Assembly (NCBI GenBank): GCA_016928395.1 | Contig: JAFGKV010000300.1 | Span: forward strand, 1 to 34,761 | Direction: 5' to 3' | Source of the DNA: Candidatus Fermentibacterota bacterium | Lineage (GTDB): Bacteria > JAFGKV01 | DNA length: 34,761 nt | In this document: positions 26,356 through 34,761 of the stretch, one piece after another | Numbering within the stretch: the first letter of the stretch is position 1 | Layout of the letters: every line of letters begins with the position of its first letter | Program-made: the position numbers and the translations under genes | Notes under the pieces: model-generated | What the model saw: the letters and a program-made list of their open reading frames with translations, nothing else | Told to the model about the DNA's origin: nothing | Databases searched by the model: none

Positions 26356-28707
26356 ATGTTCCGAGTGCTCATCGCCTGCTGTGCAGGAGCGGCCGTTTTG
26401 TTGAGTTGTGGCCATGTCGGCATGTATGGCGGGCAGAATGCTGCCATTGCCGAGGCTGAACTTGACGCGGCGGAAGCACAGCTTGCCCTGGCCCGCGAGC
26501 TGGTTGCTGCAGGCGCTCCCGCAGGCGCGGCATCGGCCTATCGGACGGCGCTGGAGCTTATCGCGGCGGAAGAACTGCCTGAGAAGCTCCAAGGTCGTGC
26601 CGAAGAACTGGCCGAGGCAATTCTCGATGAGTACCATCTGCTCTTGTCGACAATGCCATCGCTGCCTGGCGAGACGCCCGCGTGGGCGGTTATGGCCGAG
26701 ATGGACAGCGCTGCGGTGGATGCAGGCACCTTCGCTCCGCTGGGCGACGGTAGAGCCTATGACATGCCCGTGATCATGAACGACAAGGTTGCCAGGGTCA
26801 TCAGCTATTTTTCCAACAAGGGTAGAAAGCCTCTCACCGTGTGGCTTGAACGGATGGGTATGTATGAAGCCATCATCCGTCCCATCCTTCGTGAACACGG
26901 CCTACCGCAAGACCTGATCTATCTGGCGATGATCGAGAGCGGCTTCAACACCCGGGCCCAGAGCTATGCCCGGGCGGTTGGGCCATGGCAGTTTATCGCG
27001 GGTACCGCGCGGCGGCATGATCTTCGGATTACTCCATGGGTGGACGAACGCCGCGACATCGTGAAATCAACCCATGCGGCATGCCGCTACCTAAAGGCGC
27101 TTTACGAGCAGTTCGGATCATGGGAACTGGCCATGGCAGGCTACAACTGCGGTGAAGGCAAGGTCGAACGGCATGTGAAGCAGTACAAGACCGACGACTA
27201 CTGGAAGCTCCACAGGCTGCCGCGACAGACGAGAGACTATGTGCCGACCTTCATGGGCGCCATGATTATTGCCAAGTCGCCAGGGCAATATGGGTTTTCC
27301 GTCGAACCACTTCCCCTCATGGAGTGGGACGATGTCGAACTGGAGGAATGCACCACCTTGGATGTGGCGGCCCGGTGTGCGGGGACGACGATGGAGGAGA
27401 TGGAGCTTCTGAACGCCGAGTTGCGCCGGGGTTGCACGCCTCCGGATGAGCGGTATGTCCTTCGAGTCCCCAAGGGCAGCGCTGAGCGCTTCAGGGACGA
27501 GTATGCCAAGATACCCGACGAGGAGAAGGCAACCTGGGCCCATCATCGCGTGGTGCGGGGCGAGACCCTTTCACGCATCGCCAGACGGTATGGGACCACC
27601 GTGGACGCCATCAAAGATCTGAACGGACTTCGCAGCACCCACATGATTCGTGAGGGCGCGGAGTTGGTAATCCCCATTCCCCGGGGTGCCGGTGCCGCCC
27701 GGGTCGCCAGTGTGCCGTTCTACCAGCACGGGGACGAGACGACCTACCGCGTCCGCAGAGGAGACACCCTCGGCAGGATAGCCTCGAGATACGGAACCAC
27801 GGTCACACAAATCTGCCGATGGAATGGGCTGACCACGGATTCCGTCATCTATCCCGGCCAGACTGTCCGCCTGTGGCCTTCCGAGGCTGTACCGGCGACA
27901 GAGACCACATCCACGACGCCGTCGGCGCCCCAGACGGGTATGGGCTATGTGGTGAAGCGAGGAGAGACATTGGGCGGGATTGCGCAGCGGCATGGTGTGT
28001 CAATCAATACCCTTCGAGAAGCCAACGGGATTCGGGGGAGCAGGATCTACACCGGCCAGACGCTGCGGATTCCTGGCGTTGAGTCTCCCGCTCCTGACAG
28101 CCCCGAACCCGTGCTGGCCGAGGCGCCGTCTCCACAACTGAATCATGGCGGGCCCTCGGTTTCTGCGCCTGTCGCGTCGTCCAGAGGCGAGGACGGGACG
28201 GGCAAAGTTACCTACACCGTGAAGACGGGCGACAGTCTGGATCGAATCGCCCGGCAGCATGGGACCTCCGTGGAAGCGCTTCGGCAGGCCAATGCCATAA
28301 AGGGAAGCCGGATTTATGCGGGCCAGGTCGTCCTCATACCGGTTGGGGGCGCGGTTGCGGCCCAGCCCGCGGCGTCGTACGTGGTGCGTCGTGGCGATTC
28401 GCTGGCGCGGATCGCCACGAAGTTCGGTGTGACGGTGGATGCCCTCCGGCGCTCCAATGCCCTCCGCGGAACCGTGATTCACCCAGGACAGAAGCTCACC
28501 ATTCCCGCCACCCGTCCGGCTTCAGGCGATCTCATCTACACCGTGCGCCGGGGGGACTCTCTCTCTGCTATCGCGCGGCGATTCGGAGTGACCAGCGGCG
28601 ATATTGCCCAATGGAACGGCATCGCGTCCAACGCCGTCATCTATCCAGGAACCACACTCACCATCCGTGCCTCGCGGGACGCTTCCACCCCGGCCCTGGG
28701 GGGCTGA
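26356..28707 (+). CDS. mltD: MltD-like lytic transglycosylase lipoprotein with six LysM domains
   Basis: Lipobox-like VLLSC; SLT motifs AMIESGFN, AVGPWQF, AGYNCG, TRDYVP; six Y/HxVxxGD/ExLxxIA LysM repeats. Confidence 0.88.
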   Translation: MFRVLIACCAGAAVLLSCGHVGMYGGQNAAIAEAELDAAEAQLALARELVAAGAPAGAASAYRTALELIAAEELPEKLQGRAEELAEAILDEYHLLLSTMPSLPGETPAWAVMAEMDSAAVDAGTFAPLGDGRAYDMPVIMNDKVARVISYFSNKGRKPLTVWLERMGMYEAIIRPILREHGLPQDLIYLAMIESGFNTRAQSYARAVGPWQFIAGTARRHDLRITPWVDERRDIVKSTHAACRYLKALYEQFGSWELAMAGYNCGEGKVERHVKQYKTDDYWKLHRLPRQTRDYVPTFMGAMIIAKSPGQYGFSVEPLPLMEWDDVELEECTTLDVAARCAGTTMEEMELLNAELRRGCTPPDERYVLRVPKGSAERFRDEYAKIPDEEKATWAHHRVVRGETLSRIARRYGTTVDAIKDLNGLRSTHMIREGAELVIPIPRGAGAARVASVPFYQHGDETTYRVRRGDTLGRIASRYGTTVTQICRWNGLTTDSVIYPGQTVRLWPSEAVPATETTSTTPSAPQTGMGYVVKRGETLGGIAQRHGVSINTLREANGIRGSRIYTGQTLRIPGVESPAPDSPEPVLAEAPSPQLNHGGPSVSAPVASSRGEDGTGKVTYTVKTGDSLDRIARQHGTSVEALRQANAIKGSRIYAGQVVLIPVGGAVAAQPAASYVVRRGDSLARIATKFGVTVDALRRSNALRGTVIHPGQKLTIPATRPASGDLIYTVRRGDSLSAIARRFGVTSGDIAQWNGIASNAVIYPGTTLTIRASRDASTPALGG

Positions 28708-28756
28708 GCATGGCCGGCGTTCCCGGCCGGCCTTGGGCGGCGTCGTGGAAGTCCTG

Positions 28757-30229
28757 ATGAAGGGTCTTCTCTTGCGTGGCATGTTCCGTCGCCCGCTACG
28801 CCTGGCCACGGCCGGGGCCGTCTTGGCTGCCTTGGCGTGTGCCGGCGCGTGGCCGCGCGGCCGTTCCCACGATGGAGAGTGGCTGCGCCGGCAGGCGGAG
28901 CTCGCCATGGAGCCACTGGTGTCCCAAGGGGCAAGCTGGGGCGCCGTGGTAGTCGAGGAAACGGGGGCGGTGATAATGCGGCACAATGCCGCCGCGCTCT
29001 TTGTTCCCGCCTCCAACCTCAAGGTGGTCACCACCGCATGTGCCCTGGAAAGGTTGGGGCCAGAGCACTGCTTTCTGACCCTTCTGGCGCTAGAAGGAGC
29101 AGTCCGTGGTGACACAGCCTTCGCCGACCTCGTCATCATAGGCGGGGGAGACCCGTCGTTCGCCAGCCGGTACACCGACGGTGGCGTGCTGACGGCCTGG
29201 TGCGACAGTGTTCGGGCGCGGGGCATACGGGTCATCACCGGAGGGGTGTTGGGATGCGCCGACTATTTGCCCCAGGGGACTCCCGGGGTCGGATGGGCGT
29301 GGGATGACCTGGCCTTCGCCTTTTCCGCGCCGACCTCCGGTCTTTGTTTCCGCGACAATGCCGCTGATGTTTCACTCATGCCGACAAGGCCGGGAAATCC
29401 CGTACAGATGACGGTGGAGCCCGTCGGCGCAGCGGGGGATATCTCCTGCACCGCCATCACCGGCGAAGCGGGCGTCGTGAGGTCGCTTCGCCTGCGGTGG
29501 CCGCCGGGGGCCAGGGGTACCGTTCTCTCCGGTGTACTTCCGTGCGATGAACGAGCAGCGATGTTCTCGGTGGCGAGCGCGGAGCCCGCGCGGCTCGCTG
29601 CGGAAGGACTGCGGCGTGTGCTGGAGGCCGGAGGCATCACGGTGCTGGGCGATGCCCGGGCGGGATGCAAAGTCGCGAGGGTCCACCTTGCCTCCCACGT
29701 CTCACCTCCGCTGAGGGAGATCGTCAGCGTGGTCAACCGCATGAGCCAGAATACGTGGGCCGAGCAGCTTCTGCGCATTCTGGGACGGGAGTCCGGCGAC
29801 GGTAGTGTCGAGGCCGGGATCGCAGTCGTCGAGGAGACGCTGGACGGTCTGGGTGTCAGCCGTTCAGGCATGCGCGTGGTCGACGGCAGCGGTCTCTCCC
29901 GGCTTAACTTGGTCTCGCCGTCATTTATGGTGGGATTACTGCTTCGGGCCGGTGAGCGGGCCTGGGGCGAGGACCTGCGGAAGAGCCTTGCCGTTGCGGG
30001 TCAGAGCGGTACTCTAGAGGATCGCATGATCGGGAGCGTTGCCGAGGGCCGAGTCTTGGCCAAAACAGGAACGATGCAGGGATGCCGGAGCCTCTCCGGG
30101 TATGCGACCACGGTGGGCGGCGACGAACTCGTATTCTCCCTCATGGTGAACGGGTATCCCGGCCCTGGGGCCGTCATCGACCGCGCCCTGGATCGTTTCT
30201 GCAGCCTCCTGGTCATGTGTGATCCCTGA
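28757..30229 (+). CDS. dacB: D-alanyl-D-alanine carboxypeptidase/endopeptidase PBP4 (peptidase S13)
   Basis: PASNLK (SxxK), GGGDPS, GWAWDD, SQN (SxN), DGSGLSRLN, AKTG. Start approximate. Confidence 0.9.
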   Translation: MKGLLLRGMFRRPLRLATAGAVLAALACAGAWPRGRSHDGEWLRRQAELAMEPLVSQGASWGAVVVEETGAVIMRHNAAALFVPASNLKVVTTACALERLGPEHCFLTLLALEGAVRGDTAFADLVIIGGGDPSFASRYTDGGVLTAWCDSVRARGIRVITGGVLGCADYLPQGTPGVGWAWDDLAFAFSAPTSGLCFRDNAADVSLMPTRPGNPVQMTVEPVGAAGDISCTAITGEAGVVRSLRLRWPPGARGTVLSGVLPCDERAAMFSVASAEPARLAAEGLRRVLEAGGITVLGDARAGCKVARVHLASHVSPPLREIVSVVNRMSQNTWAEQLLRILGRESGDGSVEAGIAVVEETLDGLGVSRSGMRVVDGSGLSRLNLVSPSFMVGLLLRAGERAWGEDLRKSLAVAGQSGTLEDRMIGSVAEGRVLAKTGTMQGCRSLSGYATTVGGDELVFSLMVNGYPGPGAVIDRALDRFCSLLVMCDP

Positions 30230-30380
30230 GGACCGGCCACGCGCGGGTCAGGATTGGCATCGCGGTGGATATGAGTGCCGATAGGCGACCCGTGGATTCG
30301 ACTACGATATCGAACAGCGGCAACCACAGAGGCAGGGCTCAGGCTGTTCTGTCGGGAGAAGTGTGACACTGCATCACACA

Positions 30381-31748
30381 TCACTGTGCACGCAGGTGCA
30401 CAACGGCCTCCTCGAGAGTGAGTTCCTGCTGGGTTCGCGTGCGCAGGTCGCGGAGCGCAACGATGCCGCGGGCGCGCTCGTCCTCGCCTTGGATCAGTAG
30501 GTACGGGATTTCCCTCTGCGCGGCATAGGCGATCTGATGCCGGAACGAGAAACCCTCACCCATGTACAGTTCCGAAGGGATACCGGCACACCTCAGAAGC
30601 GATGCCAGGCCGTACATGCGCGGTCGCTCTTCAGGGTTCAACACTGCCACCACCACCCGGCACACGGATCCGGACGCCGGGAACGCCTGCAAGGTCTGGA
30701 GCACCACTAGGAGGCGGTCGACCCCCATAGAGACTCCAGTGGCGGGAATGCTGCGTCCGAGGAAGTGGCCTATGAGCCCGTCATAGCGGCCTCCACCCAT
30801 GACCGAGCCGAAGCCCTCCTGCCCGATGACAACGGTTTCGAATACGGGGCCGGTGTAGTAATCAAGCCCACGGGCCAGCGAAGGCATGACCCTGACGTAG
30901 TCGGGGTGAGGGAGCGCCGCGCTGGACAGATACTCTAGGATTGAGGAAATCTCCCGAAGCCCCCGCGCCGTTTCGTCGGGACCGTGGAGCAACCTTGAGG
31001 CCTCTTCCATCACCCTGTCGGACGTACCGGAGATGGTCAGGATGCGCTCCACGAGTTCGATCTTCCCCGCCGCGAGTCCAAGCCCGCCTTCAGAGGGAGG
31101 CGCTCCTATCAGAGCCAGCAGCTTCTCAGTTCCGATCTTGTCGTGCTTATCCAACACGCGGAAGAACTCCAGTTGAGCCTCCGGCGCACCCAGGCCCAGA
31201 ACGCGGGCCACGCCTGCCAGCAGGCTTCGTGAGGAAATCCGTATCTCGAAGCCGGGAACACCCAAGGCATCAAGGCTCCGGTAGATGACCTCCACGATTT
31301 CCGCATCGGCGACGGGATCGCTGATTCCTACGGTATCAACGTCGAACTGCAGGAACTGACGGAACCTGCCCCGCTGGGGCCTCTCGCCGCGCCACACGTA
31401 GCCCGACTGGTAGCGTTTGAACGGCATGGGAAGCCGGTCAATGTTGTGGGCCAGATAACGGGCGAGAGACGCCGTTAGTTCGAAGCGCAACGCCAACGCC
31501 GATTCGGGTGTGGGCATCTCGTCCCTGCAGAGCCGGTAGATCTGTTTCTCACCGCCCTCGCCGTGACCCGACACAAGGATCTGGTAGTACTCCACGCAGG
31601 AGGTGTCCAACGGGACGAAACCGTGGGACTCGTAGACCTTGCAGACCGTCTCGATCATCCTCTTCTGGGCTGCAGCCTCCTCAGGGCTGAGGTCTCTGAA
31701 TCCCGAAGGCAGCCGCGGCTCAATGCGTCGTTCAGTACTCTGGATCAT
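30381..31748 (-). CDS. hisS: Histidine--tRNA ligase
   Basis: PSGFRD, ALRFELTASLARY, RGERPQRGRFRQF, ARGLDYYTG, GGGRYDGL, and a C-terminal anticodon-binding domain. Confidence 0.95.
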   Translation of the reverse strand: MIQSTERRIEPRLPSGFRDLSPEEAAAQKRMIETVCKVYESHGFVPLDTSCVEYYQILVSGHGEGGEKQIYRLCRDEMPTPESALALRFELTASLARYLAHNIDRLPMPFKRYQSGYVWRGERPQRGRFRQFLQFDVDTVGISDPVADAEIVEVIYRSLDALGVPGFEIRISSRSLLAGVARVLGLGAPEAQLEFFRVLDKHDKIGTEKLLALIGAPPSEGGLGLAAGKIELVERILTISGTSDRVMEEASRLLHGPDETARGLREISSILEYLSSAALPHPDYVRVMPSLARGLDYYTGPVFETVVIGQEGFGSVMGGGRYDGLIGHFLGRSIPATGVSMGVDRLLVVLQTLQAFPASGSVCRVVVAVLNPEERPRMYGLASLLRCAGIPSELYMGEGFSFRHQIAYAAQREIPYLLIQGEDERARGIVALRDLRTRTQQELTLEEAVVHLRAQ

Positions 31749-31925
31749 GGCAGTGCTCCCTCCATATCATTAACACCCGGCCTGCTGCCGATGGAGACCG
31801 TGCCAGCTCGTGCATGGGTGATTTGCGCTCGTCAGCAACTCGTGTTCTGTCCTCGAACCAGGTTCAGGCATCGAAAGATGCGAAGAGAGTCTCGGGACAA
31901 GACACTCTCCCTCGTTCCATAGACT

Positions 31926-33311
31926 TCAGATGCCCAGGAGTATCTTGGCTGTGGTGAAGTAGATCAAGAGCCCCGTGATGTCCACTGCGGTGGTCAGGGC
32001 GGGGCTGGCAACCACCGCCGGGTCGAGTTTGGCGCGGGCCGCCGCCAAAGGCAGTACCGCGCCGATCAGGGTCGAGGTTACCACCTGCAATCCCAACGCA
32101 ATCGCGATGGCGATACCGATTGTCGCCAGAGGGTAGTTCAACGGCATACTGGAACCGCCGCCGAACAGCACTACCCTGCCGAACGCGAGCATACCGAGCA
32201 GCAGCGCGAGCAGAATCGCCACCTGGAACTCCTTGAAGAGGATGCGCAGGGCATCCCTCGGTGCGATCTCTCTGAGTGCCAGCGCCCGAATCACGAGGGT
32301 GGCCGACTGGCTTCCAGTATTGCCTCCCGTATCGGCCACCATGGGCATGAACGCCGCCAGGATAGCGAACTGCATCAGCAGGCCCTCGAAACTCTGGACG
32401 ATGAACCCGGAGACCAGGCCCAGCACCGCCAATGCCGCCACCCACGGCGCGCGGTTCCTGAAATGCACCCAGGGAGGGGTTCGCATATACATCGCTTCCT
32501 CGTGGCTACCGGCGATGGCCATGAATTTCTCCATGTCCTCGGTGTGTTCCTGGGTGATGATGTCGATAGCATCGTCATACGTCACGATTCCCACCAGGGC
32601 ATCAGCGCCATCGATCACGGGCAACGCGAGCAGGTCGTACTTCTGGATCTTGCGCGCTGCATCTTCCTGGTCGTCGTCCACCCGGGCGGACACGGCATCG
32701 CGGTGCATCAGATCACTCACCCTCGCATCCCGCTTGGCGACGATGAGATCCTTGAGAGACACAAAGCCCAGGAGCCGGCGATTCTCATCCACGACATAGG
32801 CGTAGTAGATGGTCTCTCGATCCGGTGCGATCTCCCGGAGGCGCTCTATGGCCTGTGCGGCGGTCAGGTGCGGGCCCAGGGTGGCATAATCCGAGGTCAT
32901 GGCCGCGCCGGCGGTTCCTTCCTCGTACGAGGCCAGACGGCGGATATCCTCCCGTTCCGCCTGGGCCAATGCGGGCAGCACGGCTTCGCGACTATCCTCA
33001 GGCAGGCGCCTGAACAAATCGGCCCGATCATCCGGCGGCATCTCCGTCATCAGGCGAGCAATGTCTTGGCGATGGAGGGTCGCGATTATGTCGGCTTGGA
33101 TATCGTCGGCCATATGGCTGAAGATCTCGGCGCGAAGAGGCAGATCGGCGTGCGTGAGCACGGCCCAGGCATCTTCCTCCGAAAGCGCGGACGCCAACTC
33201 GGCCACGACGGCGGGATGAAGGGTTTCGCAGAAATCACGGAGTGCGTCGGTGTCCCCACCCGCGAGCATCGTGCGGAGCTCGGGGACAAGAAGAGGATTC
33301 TTCATCGTCAT
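31926..33311 (-). CDS. mgtE: Magnesium transporter MgtE
   Basis: N domain, CBS pair (ETIYYAYVVD, KYDLLALPV), RAPW, ADTGGNTGSQS, DPAVVASPALTTAVDITG. Confidence 0.95.
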   Translation of the reverse strand: MTMKNPLLVPELRTMLAGGDTDALRDFCETLHPAVVAELASALSEEDAWAVLTHADLPLRAEIFSHMADDIQADIIATLHRQDIARLMTEMPPDDRADLFRRLPEDSREAVLPALAQAEREDIRRLASYEEGTAGAAMTSDYATLGPHLTAAQAIERLREIAPDRETIYYAYVVDENRRLLGFVSLKDLIVAKRDARVSDLMHRDAVSARVDDDQEDAARKIQKYDLLALPVIDGADALVGIVTYDDAIDIITQEHTEDMEKFMAIAGSHEEAMYMRTPPWVHFRNRAPWVAALAVLGLVSGFIVQSFEGLLMQFAILAAFMPMVADTGGNTGSQSATLVIRALALREIAPRDALRILFKEFQVAILLALLLGMLAFGRVVLFGGGSSMPLNYPLATIGIAIAIALGLQVVTSTLIGAVLPLAAARAKLDPAVVASPALTTAVDITGLLIYFTTAKILLGI

Positions 33312-33401
33312 GGTTCACCTCTCTTTCGGCCGCGACGCGGGGGCGGCCGGAGGTGAACCGGCAGGCTATGCTTCGATCGAGCGCCGGCAGTTCACATCAC
33401 C
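33312..33401 (-). promoter_or_regulatory. RBS-sequestering hairpin and competing stem in the mgtE leader
   Basis: mRNA GGUUCACCUC-CGGCCGC...GCGGCCG-aaaga-GAGGUGAACC-AUG. Upstream GAUGUGAACUGCCGGC can instead pair imperfectly with GCCUGCCGGUUCACCUC. Confidence 0.7.
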
Positions 33402-33500
33402 AGCCCCGCAACACAGGCATCGGGGGCCAGAGTCGTCAGTTTTGTGGTTCGTCTCCTGGGTCATCCGGCGGCAACTATGGCCACCATCCGAGTCACCCAC
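33366..33500 (-). CDS. Putative 44-aa mgtE leader peptide (upstream ORF)
   Basis: AGGAG RBS 8 nt before a GTG. Sequence MGDSDGGHSCRRMTQETNHKTDDSGPRCLCCGAGDVNCRRSIEA*. The stop abuts the anti-SD strand. Confidence 0.5.
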   Translation of the reverse strand: MGDSDGGHSCRRMTQETNHKTDDSGPRCLCCGAGDVNCRRSIEA

Positions 33501-33559
33501 GGCGATTTCTCCTGTTGGTGTAGGTCGTGAGCGCTCCCCGCGCTCGTAAGGGTCGCGAC

Positions 33560-33588
33560 ATAGTACACAGCACACCCCCCGAGGGCAA
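33560..33588 (-). promoter_or_regulatory. Putative sigma70 promoter for mgtE
   Basis: TTGCCC-N17-TACTAT on the minus strand, implying a leader of about 240 nt. Confidence 0.6.
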
Positions 33589-33965
33589 CCCCGAGATGGC
33601 GTCTCAGCGGCTCCCATCCGCGTCGTATAATCCGCCTTGCTACGGCGGTCGCAGATCATCCTTGTCCGTCGCGGGCTGGTGTCGTGGTGGTCTCAGGGCC
33701 ACGTCACCACGTGGCCTTGTCCCACGGTCTGCGCGGATAGCCTGAGCCCAGGAAGATGGGCCGACGCGGAACAAGGACGATTAGGCCAGGTGTTTCATGG
33801 TAGATCAGACCCTTGTGCGCGGGCATCTCCCCGCGTACGGCACCCGAGGTTCTCGGGGTGGGCGGGGTTGACTTGGTCTCGCACCCCACCCCTACCCTTG
33901 CCATCTTGACTGCGAAGTGCGTGGCAAGGACAGAGATCGGGAAGAGTTCGCGCTCACCGTGGCCC

Positions 33966-34625
33966 ATGGCCGTGACGGTGGGTTCCTTCGTCATGTCTAC
34001 GTATGAAGTGACCCAGGCTGAGTATCAGGATGTCATGGGCACGAATCCATCGCACTTCCCTGGGGCAGAGCGGCCGGTGGAGCGGGTGACATGGTGGAAT
34101 GCGGCCTTGTTCTGCAACGCACTGAGTGTGCGGGAGGGCCTCACCGCCTTCTACAACGATGGCGATCTGACCGCCCAGGGAGACACGGTACGCATGGATT
34201 GGAGTGCAGACGGGTATCGACTTCCCACGGAAGCGGAGTGGGAGTATGCGTGCCGCGCCGGGACGACCACTGATTTCTACAGCGGCAGTCAATCATCGTC
34301 TCGCCATGATCAGAACATGGATCTGATTGGGTGGTACTGGTTCAACTCAGAATGGAGTCCGCAGGATGTGGGGCAGAAGCTGCCGAACGCCTTCGGTGTG
34401 TACGACATGAGTGGAAACGTGGCGGAGTGGTGTAATGATCGCTTCGGAGCCTACTCAGCCGAGAGTCAGACCGATCCCCATGGCCCCACGTTCGGCGCGA
34501 GCCGACTCACGCGGGGAGGGAGTTGGTACAACTACCCCCAGGTCTGCCGCTCGGCCAATCGCGACCAGTACCATCCCAGCCAGGCCTACTACACGGTGGG
34601 CTTCCGCCTCGCGCGGAGGCAATGA
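33966..34625 (+). CDS. FGE-sulfatase/SUMF1-family (C-type lectin fold) protein, apparently N-terminally short
   Basis: YEVTQAEY..VMGTNPS, PVERVTW, YRLPTEAEWEYACRAG, PNAFGVYDMSGNVAEW, RGGSW, GFRLAR. The usual first strand (IPxGxFxMG..ExPxH) was not found upstream. Start uncertain. Confidence 0.8.
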   Translation: MAVTVGSFVMSTYEVTQAEYQDVMGTNPSHFPGAERPVERVTWWNAALFCNALSVREGLTAFYNDGDLTAQGDTVRMDWSADGYRLPTEAEWEYACRAGTTTDFYSGSQSSSRHDQNMDLIGWYWFNSEWSPQDVGQKLPNAFGVYDMSGNVAEWCNDRFGAYSAESQTDPHGPTFGASRLTRGGSWYNYPQVCRSANRDQYHPSQAYYTVGFRLARRQ

Positions 34626-34678
34626 AGCCGGCCTGCGCACCGCATCGGCGTCGCAGTCGGTTTATGGGAGGATGAGAC

Positions 34679-34761
34679 ATGGAGACCGCGCATACCCATA
34701 CCGTTGTAGACCTCGGCGAATTCGGGCTCATCGAGAGGATAGCGCCGGGCTGCATCGTTGC
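34679..34761 (+). CDS. thiL: Thiamine-monophosphate kinase, 5' end (partial)
   Basis: GGAGG RBS, then METAHTHTVVDLGEFGLIERIAPGCIV. LGEFGLIERI is the typical ThiL N-terminus. Confidence 0.75.
   Translation, partial: METAHTHTVVDLGEFGLIERIAPGCIV

Noticed and set aside
27540-28670. Repeated DNA segments in mltD
   Set aside because: Explained by six LysM domains; not a CRISPR array or mobile repeat.
30361-30379. Small inverted repeat gtgtga/tcacac between convergent dacB and hisS
   Set aside because: Short, weak stem with no U-tract; insufficient to call a terminator.
8068-32799. Numerous long antisense ORFs (e.g. 8068-9171, 10557-11510, 20689-21741, 25807-26898)
   Set aside because: They lie opposite well-supported genes, have no recognisable motifs, and are expected in GC-rich DNA.
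33626-33631. Perfect TATAAT on the + strand
   Set aside because: No credible -35 or extended -10 element, and it is far from the next plausible start, so it was not called as a promoter.

Overview
GC-rich bacterial chromosomal window, probably from an anaerobic diderm organism (inferred from LolC/E, 2-oxoacid:ferredoxin oxidoreductase and Rnf/Nqr genes). It is mostly housekeeping. In order on the + strand: the 3' end of a ThiF/MoeB adenylyltransferase, a ThiS/MoaD ubiquitin-like protein, a rubrerythrin-like ferritin, a five-gene Rnf/Na+-NQR hybrid cluster (nqrB/C/D/E/F-like, with no NqrA, RnfC or RnfB) plus a coupled hypothetical gene, addB- and addA-like helicase-nuclease genes, tRNA-Lys(UUU), a PC4/YdbC ssDNA-binding protein, a membrane protein with a degenerate GGDEF domain, two LolC/E permeases, a YbbR/CdaR-like protein, a PHP hydrolase, a vorC-vorB-vorA-type oxidoreductase operon, two GT-C-like membrane proteins, an SGNH protein, an MltD-like lytic transglycosylase with six LysM domains, and dacB. 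On the - strand are hisS and mgtE. The window ends with an N-terminally short FGE-sulfatase (C-type lectin fold) gene and the start of thiL. The most interesting signals are: (1) a long mgtE 5' leader with a promoter, an acidic upstream ORF and mutually exclusive stems that gate the mgtE ribosome-binding site, a candidate Mg2+ translational attenuator; (2) the Nqr/Rnf hybrid lacking its known terminal module; (3) a catalytically dead GGDEF protein that keeps its RxxD site. No CRISPR array, transposase, integrase or reverse transcriptase was seen. All family assignments come from motif recognition by eye, not from database searches.
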